The notes: a model not told the origin generated them from the letters alone. Shown: positions 51,917 to 63,000, counted from the first letter of the stretch. The stretch: DNA of 64,000 bases from a virus (IMGVR_UViG_3300009431_000002:128001-192000); one strand, 5' to 3'. Numbers and translations: made by a program.

Positions 51917-52575
51917 CGGAACATGACCTCCCAGACGGCCTCGAGGCCGTAGCCTTCAACCTTCACGAGCGGGTCGAAGGACTTGTAGGCCAACGGCGAC
52001 CTCGACGCGGACGTGGCGAAGTCCGTGGGGCACGGGATCGCGTTGTCGGCGTTGGGGTCGCCGTCGGTGAACAGCCCGGCCTCGCTGATGACAGCGTTGG
52101 CACCGAGGCTGATCTCGTTGGAGGCGTACTCGCGGATGAACTGGACCGAGGTGCGCGGCGTGCCGTCGGCGTCTGCGGTGTAGGTCGGGGGGACCTGGAA
52201 CTGCGCCAGGAACTCCCCGACACGGAACTCGATGGGGCTCACCAAGCCTGACACCTCGGCGACCTCGGACTGGTTGCCGTTGCCCAAGCCGATGTAGAGG
52301 ATGCGGTCGTCCCGCATCGGCGTCCGCGACGGGTTCTGCAGCGCCAGCGCCACCAGCTCCGCCAGGTACTCCCGGCCCGTGAGCGTCCAGATGTTGTTCC
52401 CGTCACGCTCCTCGACGACACGGCCGTCGGGGTCCTTCAACCGCAGCGTGAGCCGCCCCTCGATGCTGGGCCCATCCTTGATCGGCGACACAGTGTCGTC
52501 GCCACCACCAGGTCCGCCGACCACGCGGAGCCGCAGGCGGTCCCGCACACGCACGATGTCCTTCAGGAACTTCAT
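51913..52575 (-). CDS. Tail-collar/baseplate protein
   Basis: NNIWTLTGREYLAEL...ILYIGLGNG...ISEAGLFT fits the tail-collar/fibre N-terminal pattern. Confidence 0.65.
   Translation of the reverse strand: MKFLKDIVRVRDRLRLRVVGGPGGGDDTVSPIKDGPSIEGRLTLRLKDPDGRVVEERDGNNIWTLTGREYLAELVALALQNPSRTPMRDDRILYIGLGNGNQSEVAEVSGLVSPIEFRVGEFLAQFQVPPTYTADADGTPRTSVQFIREYASNEISLGANAVISEAGLFTDGDPNADNAIPCPTDFATSASRSPLAYKSFDPLVKVEGYGLEAVWEVMFR
52486..52498. repeat. Dispersed palindrome, copy 5
   Basis: GCGACACAGTGTCGTCG at 52485-52501, inside a CDS (encodes DDTVS). Confidence 0.9.
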
Positions 52576-55500
52576 CCAATGTCCTCCCGGAGCACTCGAC
52601 CAGTCACCGCACCGAGAGCTCCGATGTCACGAGTCAACCAGAAGGCGTGGGGCCCGTCCAGTGACGCTACCACGGCAACGGTTCCGCCTGAACCGAATAC
52701 TTCAAACAGGTCGCCCCTCTGAACACCGAGCACTTCGAGGTCCACAGCCGCCGGCACGTCAACATGGTCGTTCACCACATTGAAGTCCGGCGAGTCCCTC
52801 AGGATGCGCGCCTGGACGTTGGCGGGCTGGAACTGGAGGTTGGCCCGCACCTCCAACCAGTGGGGCCCGAGGTTCAGGATCTCGTAGATGCCAGAGTTGA
52901 CGCCGTCCAGCACGTCCACGAAGTCGCCAGGCAGTACGGGCACCGTATCGAACCCGAGGATGCTGGACTCGTTGAACTGGTAGTAGTCGGTGTGCAGCAC
53001 CTCGAGGTTGTTGACCGCGTAGACCTCCACCCGAGGGCGGTAGATGGTGAACCGGACCGTGCTCTCCGGGCACACCAAGGCCTCGCGGTCCCACGCATGC
53101 GGGCCGCCGGGGGTGTCAAACACGATCTCGCACGAGTCGCCCGCGGAGTTCTGCGGCGGCGTCGGGCTGACGTAGACCTCCGAGACGTTAGGGAAGCCGT
53201 CGAGGATCTCGTACTCGCCGGTGTTCGGGCCTTCGAGGATGCGAAGCGTCGCGCTGAGCTGCGTCCTCCGAAGGTCTGTCCGCTCCGCCCGGACCGCAGT
53301 CTCCTCGTCGATGACGACGGTGGGCGACCCCGCGTTGCAGGAGCACGTCATCCCCGTGATGGGCCCATCCAAGTACCGGCGGACGATCCTCCAGGCACCG
53401 AGGTTGCCGTCGGGCGGGGGTGGGTAGACCTTCACCTCGCGCCAGTACTGCCCGGGGGCTGGCTCCTGCATCTCCAGGATGATGAACCTGCGCGGTGTTC
53501 CCACAAATGGGAACGTCAGCAGCTCGTCGTCGGTGGTCACGCCGTCCGGGTACAGGCTGTCCGTGTCCAGCTCAACCATGGATGTCGCGGCCGTGCCCAT
53601 CGCGGTTCCGCCCGCGTCCAGCGGGTTCTCCACGATGCGGCCGATCACGAAGTTCAGGTCCTCACCGTCCTGGATGCCGGCCATCGTCGGTCCTGGGAGG
53701 TGTGGGGTGCGGACCTGGATGTCGTCGAGTTCCAACGCGCCGCTGGCGACGCCGATGATGGCGTACCAGCCCTGGTTCGGGCCGGCGTCAGGCAGGTAGA
53801 GCACGTCCCCCACCTTCACCATGTCGCCGCCGGTGTAGGTGTCCAAGGCCTCCGAGAAGAACCTGCTCGGCACCTGCGTCGTGACCAGTCCCGTGAAGCC
53901 GCCACGTGCCGACGTGGCCTGCACCGACCCCGCCTGCATCGCCAGGTCGTCGCCGCTGAACAGCACCCGGCACGACAGCGCCCCGACGTCCTCAAGGTGC
54001 AGGGGCAGCGACCGTCCACTCCAGTCGTCCATCATCGGCGTGGCCGCGATGCTCAGCGAGGGGCTGTCGTAGAAGTTGGGGTGGTGGACGAAGCCCAGCG
54101 TGTCCGTGACCTCCACCACATCGGCGAGGTACAGGCGCAACACGGCGTCCAACTCGGTCCACGCCGGCTTGATGGCGTTGGCGAACTCGACGGCGACTGC
54201 GAAGTCCTCGGGGCCCACGGCCTGCGCGTTGGCGCGCATCCGCCACGTGTGGAACTTCCGCAGCTCGGCCTGCTGGCCCTGCGACTGTAGGCCCATCCAC
54301 CACGTCGGGTCCGTGAGGTAGTCCTGCACGTCGACGCCGCGGGAGAGCGGGGTGAAGCGGTCGACGATGTCGCCGACGGCGTACTGGACACCCGTGTCCG
54401 GGTTCTCGGCGATGCCCGTCAGCTCGTCGGCCCCCACCGTGGGTGGAGCCGGGTAGAGGTAGGTCCGGACGATGCCCAGTGGCTCGTCGGTGTGGGCGTC
54501 GACGTCCTCCACGAGCACCCGACCGAACTCTGGTGTGCCGTCGGGCTTGAGGGAGTACACGTCGTTGATGTCGACGATCACGCCCCGCGCCACCGCCACC
54601 GGCAGCCCGAGGAGGATGTGGGCGCCGACTGCGATGTTGTACAGGGACGGGCCGTTGGCGAACGCGTACAGCAGCCCCTCGACCGCGTGCTTGTAGGTGA
54701 CCGACCGGGTTTCGCGCTCCGAGAGCTGCTCCACCGTCAAGGCGACTGCGACGCCGAAGTTGCTCTCGACGACGGGCGCGTTGTCGATGAACGTGGTCTC
54801 GGCCCACAACCTCGACGGCGCGGGCTCGTTGGCGGTCCACAGGTCGTCGTCGAACCGGACGAACCGGCCGGCTCCGCGTCGTGTGGCGGTGAACTCGACG
54901 TTGACCTCGTCGCTGAACACGGTGTCCCCGGTGGCCTCGAACTTCAGCAGCACGGCCGTGTTGCTCTGGACCTGCTGCACCACCCAGGTGCCCGCGTTGG
55001 GCCCATGCTCAACCTCGACCTCGTCCCCAGAGCGCACGCGCTTGCGCAGGAACTCGGCCGTCGGCGACTCCAGCGTGCTCGTCGACGCCTGGAACTCGCC
55101 GTCGCGGCACAGGAACCCCGACTCGTCGTCGACCGTGTAGTCCCGGTTCTCCAGCAGGGTGACGGGAAGCTGGTCGAGCTCGGTGCGCTCACCGTCCCGG
55201 GTGAGCAGGATGAGCTCTGTGCCCGTGTCCTGGACTGTCGGCGGCCGGACATACTCACGCAGGCAGGGGATGGAGATCACGCGCGGGTCCACGGCGATCT
55301 GGCTGTTCCGCACCACCGCGGTGACCGAGATGTTCACGGAGAAGGGGCCGATGTCGATGTCGGCGGTGTGGCGGATGGGGATGTTGCCGTACAGCTCGTT
55401 GAACGACCCCGACGTGAGCGTGTCCGACGCCTCCTGCCCCTCGCCATCCAGCAGCAACGTGCCGAACACGTCGGCCGCCACGCCCGTCATCCCCAGCGCC

Positions 55501-57341
55501 TCGGCGAGGGTCACCTTCTCGGTGACGCTCGCGTCGGCCGGCTCCCCGCCCACAATGGGGTCCAGCGTGGGCTCAAACCCCAAGCGGTTGCGGTCGACAC
55601 CCACGACCGTGCCGTAGAAGTCGGCGACGGCCCCGTTGTCCACTCGGCGGACCACGCCCTCGAGGCGGTCTCCTGCAGAGACGCCGAGCTCCTCGAAGTC
55701 GATCTCCTCGGACACGAGCGTTGCCGGCACACGCCACGTCAGCCCCGACAGCTTCGACGGCGCCATGGCGCGGTCCAGCACGGCGAGACCCACCTCACCG
55801 GGGCCGGTCGGCGTGGCCGGGAGCTCGTCCGTCTCGTAGGCGTCCAACATGGTGTAGGCGCGGTCGTCGACCACGATGACGCGGCCTGCGATGGCGCCGA
55901 CGGCGTCGATGCGGAAGCTCACATCGTCCATCGGGAAGGGGCCGACGAAGGGGCGGTCGACGATGTACCCGGTCCGGGGGTCGTTGAGGTCCGCGATGAC
56001 GTACCGGCCTGCGTTGTCGCCGTCGAGGATCACGATGGCCCGGCCAGCGGCGCTCTCGAAGGTCTTGCTCGCCCCGACTACGATCTCGGTGGCCGACTTC
56101 ACCGTCGCCTTGCCTGTCATCGGTGCGGGGGCCAGCGCGGGGAGGTCCGACGTGTCCGCGGGCACTTGGAGCAGGTCGGTGAAGGCGGACTCACCCTCCG
56201 GGACCGTGACCTCCACGGTGTTGTAGACCGTGAACTGCAGCCCAGAGTTGCTCGTCGTGAGGCTACGCGCCAGACGCAAGCTGCCATCGTCGGGCAGGCC
56301 GTCCGCGAGCCCGATGCCTGTGATCTCGTAGAAGCCGCGGTCGGCCCCCTCAGAGATGCGGAGCACGTCGCCGGCCTCGAAGCCCGACAGCGCCGCGAAG
56401 TTGGTGCCTGACGACTGGACGATGTCGAAGCCGGCGTTGGTCACCAGGTCGTTGGACGACGCGATCACGTCATCTGCGGGGGCGGGCAGCGGCGTCGCCC
56501 GGGACAGGGTGTATCCCGACAGCCCGCGGGCGACGCCGCGGATGGTGTAGGTGCCCCGGTTGCCCGGCACGCCGTTGCTGCTGACCACCTCGACCTCGAC
56601 GCCTGCCGCCGTCGGGCGCGCGACGCCCTCGATGACGCGAATCTCGCTGGCGGAGATGACGATGGCGCGGATGGTCTCCGAGAACGGACCAGTCGCGGCG
56701 TCCAGGCCCTCCTGCTCGTTGCCCTGGATGAAGTACGTCTGCGCGGGCGTCAGGTCGATCCGCGGCTCGTAGGCCAGCCATCGACGGGCAACCTGGTCCT
56801 GGATGTGCTGGATGCTCTTGTTGTGGTCCGTCTCCAGGAGCCGTTGGAGCTCGGAGGCCGCGACCTGCATGTAGGCCGACCAGATGATCGGCAGGACATC
56901 CGACTGCTGGAAGTGCCGAGGCCAGAAGTCCGAGATGGTCCGGAGCAGGAAGCGGGCGTCGGGCGTGACATCCGTGCACGTCGGCATGAGTGCCGCGGAC
57001 ACCAGAACCGAGGTCTCCGCGGGCACGCTGTCGAACTGACCATCGTTGACGACCACCTGCAGGCGGTACATCCCCACGATGTCCGGCGTGAACGCGACCG
57101 CGCCGCCATCGTCGTCCAGGTCCTCGAAGGAGTCGTTGTTGGCCTCGCTGCCGATGGGAACCTCGAGGAAGGTCCACGCGTAGGTGAGGTCGGCCCCCTC
57201 GGGGTCGTAGCTGCTGCGCGCATCGAACTTGACGATGGAGCCGATGACGGCGGAGTGCTGGATGGGCGACACCATCGCAACAGGCGCCTGGTTGCCCGCT
57301 TGGAGGCCGTAGCTGAAGAAGCTGAAGGTCGTGTTCGCCAT
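52572..57341 (-). CDS. Baseplate wedge-type protein with N-terminal PKD/Ig-like domain (1589 aa)
   Basis: VKFDARSSYDPEGADLTYAW...FTPDIVGMYRLQVVVNDG (PKD-like); GLLYAFANGPSLYNIAVGAHILLGLP (wedge-like). Confidence 0.62.
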   Translation of the reverse strand: MANTTFSFFSYGLQAGNQAPVAMVSPIQHSAVIGSIVKFDARSSYDPEGADLTYAWTFLEVPIGSEANNDSFEDLDDDGGAVAFTPDIVGMYRLQVVVNDGQFDSVPAETSVLVSAALMPTCTDVTPDARFLLRTISDFWPRHFQQSDVLPIIWSAYMQVAASELQRLLETDHNKSIQHIQDQVARRWLAYEPRIDLTPAQTYFIQGNEQEGLDAATGPFSETIRAIVISASEIRVIEGVARPTAAGVEVEVVSSNGVPGNRGTYTIRGVARGLSGYTLSRATPLPAPADDVIASSNDLVTNAGFDIVQSSGTNFAALSGFEAGDVLRISEGADRGFYEITGIGLADGLPDDGSLRLARSLTTSNSGLQFTVYNTVEVTVPEGESAFTDLLQVPADTSDLPALAPAPMTGKATVKSATEIVVGASKTFESAAGRAIVILDGDNAGRYVIADLNDPRTGYIVDRPFVGPFPMDDVSFRIDAVGAIAGRVIVVDDRAYTMLDAYETDELPATPTGPGEVGLAVLDRAMAPSKLSGLTWRVPATLVSEEIDFEELGVSAGDRLEGVVRRVDNGAVADFYGTVVGVDRNRLGFEPTLDPIVGGEPADASVTEKVTLAEALGMTGVAADVFGTLLLDGEGQEASDTLTSGSFNELYGNIPIRHTADIDIGPFSVNISVTAVVRNSQIAVDPRVISIPCLREYVRPPTVQDTGTELILLTRDGERTELDQLPVTLLENRDYTVDDESGFLCRDGEFQASTSTLESPTAEFLRKRVRSGDEVEVEHGPNAGTWVVQQVQSNTAVLLKFEATGDTVFSDEVNVEFTATRRGAGRFVRFDDDLWTANEPAPSRLWAETTFIDNAPVVESNFGVAVALTVEQLSERETRSVTYKHAVEGLLYAFANGPSLYNIAVGAHILLGLPVAVARGVIVDINDVYSLKPDGTPEFGRVLVEDVDAHTDEPLGIVRTYLYPAPPTVGADELTGIAENPDTGVQYAVGDIVDRFTPLSRGVDVQDYLTDPTWWMGLQSQGQQAELRKFHTWRMRANAQAVGPEDFAVAVEFANAIKPAWTELDAVLRLYLADVVEVTDTLGFVHHPNFYDSPSLSIAATPMMDDWSGRSLPLHLEDVGALSCRVLFSGDDLAMQAGSVQATSARGGFTGLVTTQVPSRFFSEALDTYTGGDMVKVGDVLYLPDAGPNQGWYAIIGVASGALELDDIQVRTPHLPGPTMAGIQDGEDLNFVIGRIVENPLDAGGTAMGTAATSMVELDTDSLYPDGVTTDDELLTFPFVGTPRRFIILEMQEPAPGQYWREVKVYPPPPDGNLGAWRIVRRYLDGPITGMTCSCNAGSPTVVIDEETAVRAERTDLRRTQLSATLRILEGPNTGEYEILDGFPNVSEVYVSPTPPQNSAGDSCEIVFDTPGGPHAWDREALVCPESTVRFTIYRPRVEVYAVNNLEVLHTDYYQFNESSILGFDTVPVLPGDFVDVLDGVNSGIYEILNLGPHWLEVRANLQFQPANVQARILRDSPDFNVVNDHVDVPAAVDLEVLGVQRGDLFEVFGSGGTVAVVASLDGPHAFWLTRDIGALGAVTGRVLREDIG

Positions 57342-57349
57342 CCGGGCTC

Positions 57350-59644
57350 CTACGGGTCGGTATCCGCTACCTCGACGACCAGGTTGAGGTGCCCGTCGAA
57401 GGCGTGCTCATCCATCTCCTCCTGCGACAGGGAGCGGCGCACGGAGAGATCATACCCCCGGCTCGTTCCGATCCGTACAGCCTTCCAGGACGACGTGCAC
57501 TGCCTCGTCGTGTCGCTCGACCCGACCACCACGGATGGCACGAGGGTCTCCGCGCCGTTGGGGAGGTCGATGTCGGACCACTGCACGTCGATTATCGGGG
57601 TGTCGGCGTTGTCCACGTACAGTCGGACGTAGCTCCCGGGCCGCCTCTCCAGCCTGTAGGTGTGGGCCTCGGTCCAGTCCACAGCGGCCGAGATCGCCTC
57701 GCCCTCCTCGGTCTGCAGCAGGACAGCCTCGAGGGTGCTGGCCGCGTCCGCCCCCTGGAGGTACACGTACTTCGCGCCTGCGGCGGTCTGCGTGGCCATC
57801 AGCCGCACGAGGTCGGACATGTCGTCGATGGAGAACCCGCCGGCGATGGGCTCCTCGGTCGGATTCGGTGAGCCGACGGTGTCGCTCCACGCCGAGATGG
57901 AGAAGATGGCCTCGACGAAGACCCCGTGCTCTGGCTGGAGATCCGGCAGCGACCGGATGTAGCGGCGCCACCCCGCCGACCCTGCTGTGCCGTACCCGGT
58001 ATCCGTGAAGACGGCCGCGTCCCCGACCATAGCCTCCGACCCCGGCCCCGTGGCGTCCAGCGTCCACGCCGCTATAGGCGGCAACGCTCCGGAGCTCGCC
58101 TCGTACCGGACGAGGTCGCAGCTGTACTTGAGGCTCTCGATGCGGAAGGTCCCATAGGTCCGCTGGGTCAGCCCTGGCCGGATGTGGCCGGCGCGTACAT
58201 GCGCCAGCGCGCTGGCGGGTAGGTCCCCGCGCCCGACGCTCGCGGCGGGGACCAGGTCGTCGTCGACGTAGACGTCCACCACGCCAGCCTCACCGTCACT
58301 GATGAACAGCAGCTCTCGGGATGTCGTCCAGTCGCCGGTGGCTGGCTCGTACCCCGCCTCCTGCTCGGGGGAGACACCGTTGTCCAGCCGGAGGCCGAAG
58401 TACGGCGTTGCGAAGTCCGTGATCAGGCCGAGGTGTGCCTGGCGCTCTCCGTCGCAGACCTCGATGGCGGCGCCAGCGTGGTTCGTGAGCGACGGTGTCA
58501 GCGCCGCGTTGATCCGGGCGCGCAGGTACCACCCCGGGCTCGGCAGCAGCCCTGGCTCCTCACGCTCGATGTAGCACTCCTCCAGCCCCTGCGTGCTGTC
58601 CTGCGCGATGACGAGCTGCGTGGTCGACGGCGTGAAGGTCCCCTCGATCTCGGGCGTCGCCCACGGCGGGTCGGCTTCGGCCACGTCGACGTTCATGGGC
58701 AGCTCGACGAGGTCGTCGGGGGTCAGTGCGATCTCGGCCCCGTGCCACGACACGCCAGCGGTCACCGCGGACATGGCGAGGGGCAGGATCCGCACGGAGT
58801 TGTGGGCCGCCTGGTTGCCCACTGGCCCGTCGACTCCGAAGATGGCGAACGCGCGGGTGCTCGTGGCGGGCTCGTGGCCACCGAAGACCGCGTTGCCGAC
58901 GAAGGTGTCGATGGACGAGAAGGGGATGGCTGCCAGTCGCTGGACGTCACCAGACGCCTCGTCTCGGACGTACACCTCGACCTGGAGGACGGCCGGCGCC
59001 TCGTTCCATCGCACCAAGTAGGTCGTGTCGAGCGACCAGTCGTAGGCGACGTCCGCCAAGGTCTGTCGCGCGCCGGCGCCGATGGCGGGGCCGGTGATGA
59101 CGACTCGTCGGGTGCCGGCGTCGTCGCACAGCATCAGGAAGACGCCGCGGTTGCGCAGGCCCGACACCGACCCGAGCATCACCCCGGTGAACCGCGGGTC
59201 CTCGAAGTATGGGACGGCGGCTGTGGTGTACGCGACGACCTCGGGCCGGAACTCGACGTGGAACCCGTCGCCGTCCTCCAACACCTCGGACATGACGTAG
59301 TGGCTCTTGAGCGGGCCCGCGGAGGGCATCGACATGTCGAGGAAGCCGGCCGACGCATCGGCGTCCGCGGGGTCTACGTGAGACGGACCGGCCCAGTCGT
59401 TGAAGCTCTCCAGCCTGACCTCACGGGATGCGTCCGTCTCCAGGAAGCTCGGCGTCTCTTCGGGCAGCAAGGAGGTGTTGGCGGGCTCGTACAGGACAGA
59501 CCCGTAGGCCAACCCGATCTGCAGGGAGCTGAGGTCGACGCGCGTGTTCTCGTCGCGTACACCGAACCGGATGGGCCTGTCCACCTCGACGCCTGCGGAG
59601 CCTGGGGCGGGGCTTCTGTTGACGACGAGCGGTTCAACAGCCAC
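57350..59644 (-). CDS. Structural protein with N-terminal Ig-like domain
   Basis: VVNRSPAPGSAGVEVDRPIRF; RBS AGGAGG; beta-rich; in the baseplate cluster. Confidence 0.6.
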   Translation of the reverse strand: MAVEPLVVNRSPAPGSAGVEVDRPIRFGVRDENTRVDLSSLQIGLAYGSVLYEPANTSLLPEETPSFLETDASREVRLESFNDWAGPSHVDPADADASAGFLDMSMPSAGPLKSHYVMSEVLEDGDGFHVEFRPEVVAYTTAAVPYFEDPRFTGVMLGSVSGLRNRGVFLMLCDDAGTRRVVITGPAIGAGARQTLADVAYDWSLDTTYLVRWNEAPAVLQVEVYVRDEASGDVQRLAAIPFSSIDTFVGNAVFGGHEPATSTRAFAIFGVDGPVGNQAAHNSVRILPLAMSAVTAGVSWHGAEIALTPDDLVELPMNVDVAEADPPWATPEIEGTFTPSTTQLVIAQDSTQGLEECYIEREEPGLLPSPGWYLRARINAALTPSLTNHAGAAIEVCDGERQAHLGLITDFATPYFGLRLDNGVSPEQEAGYEPATGDWTTSRELLFISDGEAGVVDVYVDDDLVPAASVGRGDLPASALAHVRAGHIRPGLTQRTYGTFRIESLKYSCDLVRYEASSGALPPIAAWTLDATGPGSEAMVGDAAVFTDTGYGTAGSAGWRRYIRSLPDLQPEHGVFVEAIFSISAWSDTVGSPNPTEEPIAGGFSIDDMSDLVRLMATQTAAGAKYVYLQGADAASTLEAVLLQTEEGEAISAAVDWTEAHTYRLERRPGSYVRLYVDNADTPIIDVQWSDIDLPNGAETLVPSVVVGSSDTTRQCTSSWKAVRIGTSRGYDLSVRRSLSQEEMDEHAFDGHLNLVVEVADTDP

Positions 59645-59679
59645 TTGTACTGGCCCTCCTGGCGTTATACGGTTCCTAC

Positions 59680-60072
59680 GTGGCCCGGCCCCGCCAACTG
59701 TTGGACCCGGAGGTTACGGCGCAGCTGCTGGAGGGGCACACGTGCACTCTACCAGAACTGTACCGGCCTGTTGACGAGCAGTTCGAGAAGCTACGCTGCC
59801 CGAAGTGCGGAAGCAAGGTCGAGCGCGTGGTCGACACGAAGCGGCCGTTCACCGACCGCGACATCATCCCCAACTACCTCGCCCGCTGCCCGGTCTGCGA
59901 CCTCGAGATGACACCCGAGGGGATCATCACCAAGACCGGCGGCATCCCCAAGGAGGGGCCGAACCCGTCCGAGGGGATGAGCACGGTAGACCCGCGCAAC
60001 ACCTTCATCGCCGAGCAGGCCATCGAGCAGGTCATCGGATCACGCCGCGGCCGACCTGGCGGGTCAGGATGA
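59680..60072 (+). CDS. Zinc-ribbon protein, lone plus-strand gene in the structural block
   Basis: LRCPKCGS...RCPVCD; GC3-rich; fills the gap between two minus-strand genes. Confidence 0.62.
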   Translation: MARPRQLLDPEVTAQLLEGHTCTLPELYRPVDEQFEKLRCPKCGSKVERVVDTKRPFTDRDIIPNYLARCPVCDLEMTPEGIITKTGGIPKEGPNPSEGMSTVDPRNTFIAEQAIEQVIGSRRGRPGGSG

Positions 60073-63000
60073 TGTGCTCGCCGGCGGGGATGTCCTCGTC
60101 GGCGCCCGTCGCCAGCGCTCCAGGGATGAAGAAGGACGTCCGGTTGCTGCCGTTGAAGTAGACCTCGGTGTCACCACCCAGCTTGTCCTCCGACCTGTCG
60201 GCCACCATCCTCCGGTCGAGGTCGTGCGTGACCGCCGCAAGCGTCGATGGGTGGTTCCACCCCGTCGCTCCCGACGTCCGCATCTTGTCCTCGACGGCCG
60301 CGACTCCCAGCTCGTCCAAGGGGTCGCGGTCGTTGATGTAGTCGCGCACCTCCGGGTACAGCCCAGCCTCCGTTGCCCCGCCCTGGTACTGGCCGTCGAA
60401 GCACACGTAGGACGGCAGGAAGTGGCGGACCAACGGGTCCGAGTCCGGCGCGCGCTCCTGCCTGGAGGTCACGAACCTCTGGAGCTGGGCCACCAGCGGC
60501 GCCCACGTGTACCGCAACTGCATGCGCTGGCTGTCCACGGGAATCCGCGAGGCGTGGTCGTCGTCAGCGCCCACCGGCAGCACGGCGGGGCTCACATGGA
60601 TGGCCACCTCCTCGTGCGTGCTGAAGGTCAGGCGCGTGTCGTCGGTCTCGTACCTGTATCCCTCGCTGAAGTAGGTCCCGAAGACCATCTCCATCCGCGT
60701 CATCGCGGTCAGGTTGTAGATGTCGTCGGACCCCGAACTGCGCACCAGGAAGTCGGCGTAGTACATGCAGCCTGCCCGCTGCGTAGCCATCACCGTCGAC
60801 GACACGCGCTGGACGCCGGGTCGGATCACCCGGAAGGGCTGGCCGTACCCGTCCACCGGCACGTGCGTCGGGTCGAGGGGGTCCTGCACCGAGAAGGTGG
60901 CCACGGCGTTGTCGAGGGTCGTGTCGACCGCGCTGACCACCCAGACATCAGCGGTGCCGCTGTACAGGCGGAACGGACGGAGGCCCCACAGCTCTGTGCC
61001 CCCGACATCCGTCTCCACCGGAGCCTCCGCCGGTGCGCCGGAGAGCACCCACAGGACATCCGACTCCCGGGAGTCCGCGGGGAAGTACCCGGCCGGAATC
61101 TCCAGGTCCACCCAAGCCCCCGAGGTCGTGTCGACGTCCAGCACCTTGTACGAGCCATTCGTGGCCGGGTAGTGCGAGCCGTAGATGGTGAGGTACCGGC
61201 CCAGGTCGTCGGTGTCGAAGGTGCCAGCGGTCACGGTGAACCGGGTGTTCTCGGCGACGTCACCGTCCCACGAACCGTCGTTGCCGTCCTTCAGCGGCGT
61301 GGACGAGTTGTCGGTCATCACATGATCGACCACGAGCTCCAAGGCGCTGATGGACTCCACGACATAGCCGCCGGCGTCCAGGCCCTCCTCGAGGAAGAGC
61401 AGGTCGCCTGCCTGGACGCCGAGCGTCACGAAGTCGATGCCTGCGGACTCCAGCACCTCGATGCGCGCCGTGTCCCTGCGGATACGCGCGGCCGGGATGC
61501 GGTCCTTGCTCGGTGCTTGGTCGTACCCGTAGCCGATGGCCGGGTCGAACGTGAGGTACCCGTAGCCGCCGCTCGTCGCAGCCGAGGACTGGTCCACGTC
61601 GACGACCACGGCGCCGCCGACCTCGACGGAGGCGACGACGACGGTGTCGCCGACCGCCGTGACGGTGAGCACCGGCACCCCGGCGTCCTCCGTGAACGAG
61701 GGCACGTTCATGGCCGCGGCTGCGGCCGCGGCGTCGGCAACTGCAACGCTCTCCGGGAAGGTGAAGCTCTGCGTGTGGGTGCCGCTCGAATCCTCAACAT
61801 CGACGCTGATGGTGGCGAAGGCGGGCCCCGTACCCAGCGGTGTGGTCCACGCAGGATGTCCATTGAGGGCGGCGCCCGTGGTGACGTCCGCCTCGATGGT
61901 GACGGTGGCGCCCCCCTCGATGGTCGTCATCACGAGGCTGTTCCCGCTGGCGGTCAGCGACAGCACCTGGGTGCCGCCGTCGTCCTCGAAGCCAGCCGCC
62001 AGCATCTCGGCGAGCAGTTGCGCCATGTCGTTGTAGGTCGCCCCCGGGACGACCAAGATGACGGGGCCGTTCTGCGCCTGCCCGACGTGCGTGAACTCCT
62101 GGACGTGCGTCCCGTTGGGGTCGATCACGGTCGCTCGGATGGTCTCGGCCGAGTGCCCCTGGCTGGTCCCCACGGCGCCGGCCGCCGTGTTCCACGGGAT
62201 GGGGCCGCCGCCCGTTGACAACGCGGTGGACCCGGGCACGACGAAGATGGAGGTCTGCACGCCCGTCTCGAGCGTCCGGATGGCCAGGACCATCTGACCA
62301 GGCACGGAGCTGTTGAGGGTCTCCGCCTGCACCAGCCCGGCCGTGAACGCGGCGTCGGCGTTCAGCTCGTCCCGGATGTCTGTCAGGGAGATGTTCCCCG
62401 CAGCGAACGAGTGCTGGAGGGTCGCGGTCATACCGATGGATGGCGCGTTGACCGTGATCTGCAGGATCTCGCCGCCGGCGAAGACGAAGGGCCCCACAGG
62501 CGGGACAGCCTCGGACCACACCCTGGCGGACTCCTCCGCCTCAGCCACGTAGGGGAAGGTGATGGCGTCGGAGGTGATGACCGCCTCGGTCTCCGGCGGC
62601 GTGAACGCGGACACGTCGTCCGAGATCACGACAGCGTTGCCCCCCGTTGCCCGCTCCGAGGGCAAGCAGAACAGCTCCTCGTGGATCTCCACGAAGTCCC
62701 GGCCCTCGAGGAACATCAGCTCGATGGGCGCGGGGACGGACATGTCCGTGATTCGCAACTGGGAGTTGGTCCCCTGCGACACGACCTCGAGGTCGCGCGG
62801 GAGGTCCTGCTCCAGCGTGTCCTCCGAGCTCTCCTTGCTCGGGAAGACCTGATGCGGGTCGGCGTCCGGCGACGGCGTGTACAGGGCCTCCTCTGCCCCG
62901 ACCACGGCCGACCACAGCGTGGGCTGGCCAGCGTGGATGGTGATGGGGACGTCGTCCACCTCCTCGGCCAGCAGGACCGTGCACTCCCCGCCGGAGTCCA

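Noticed and set aside
1464-52501. The five palindromes as CRISPR repeats, REP elements or transposon ends
   Set aside because: Too short and too far apart, mostly inside intact CDSs, with no spacers, target duplications or transposase.
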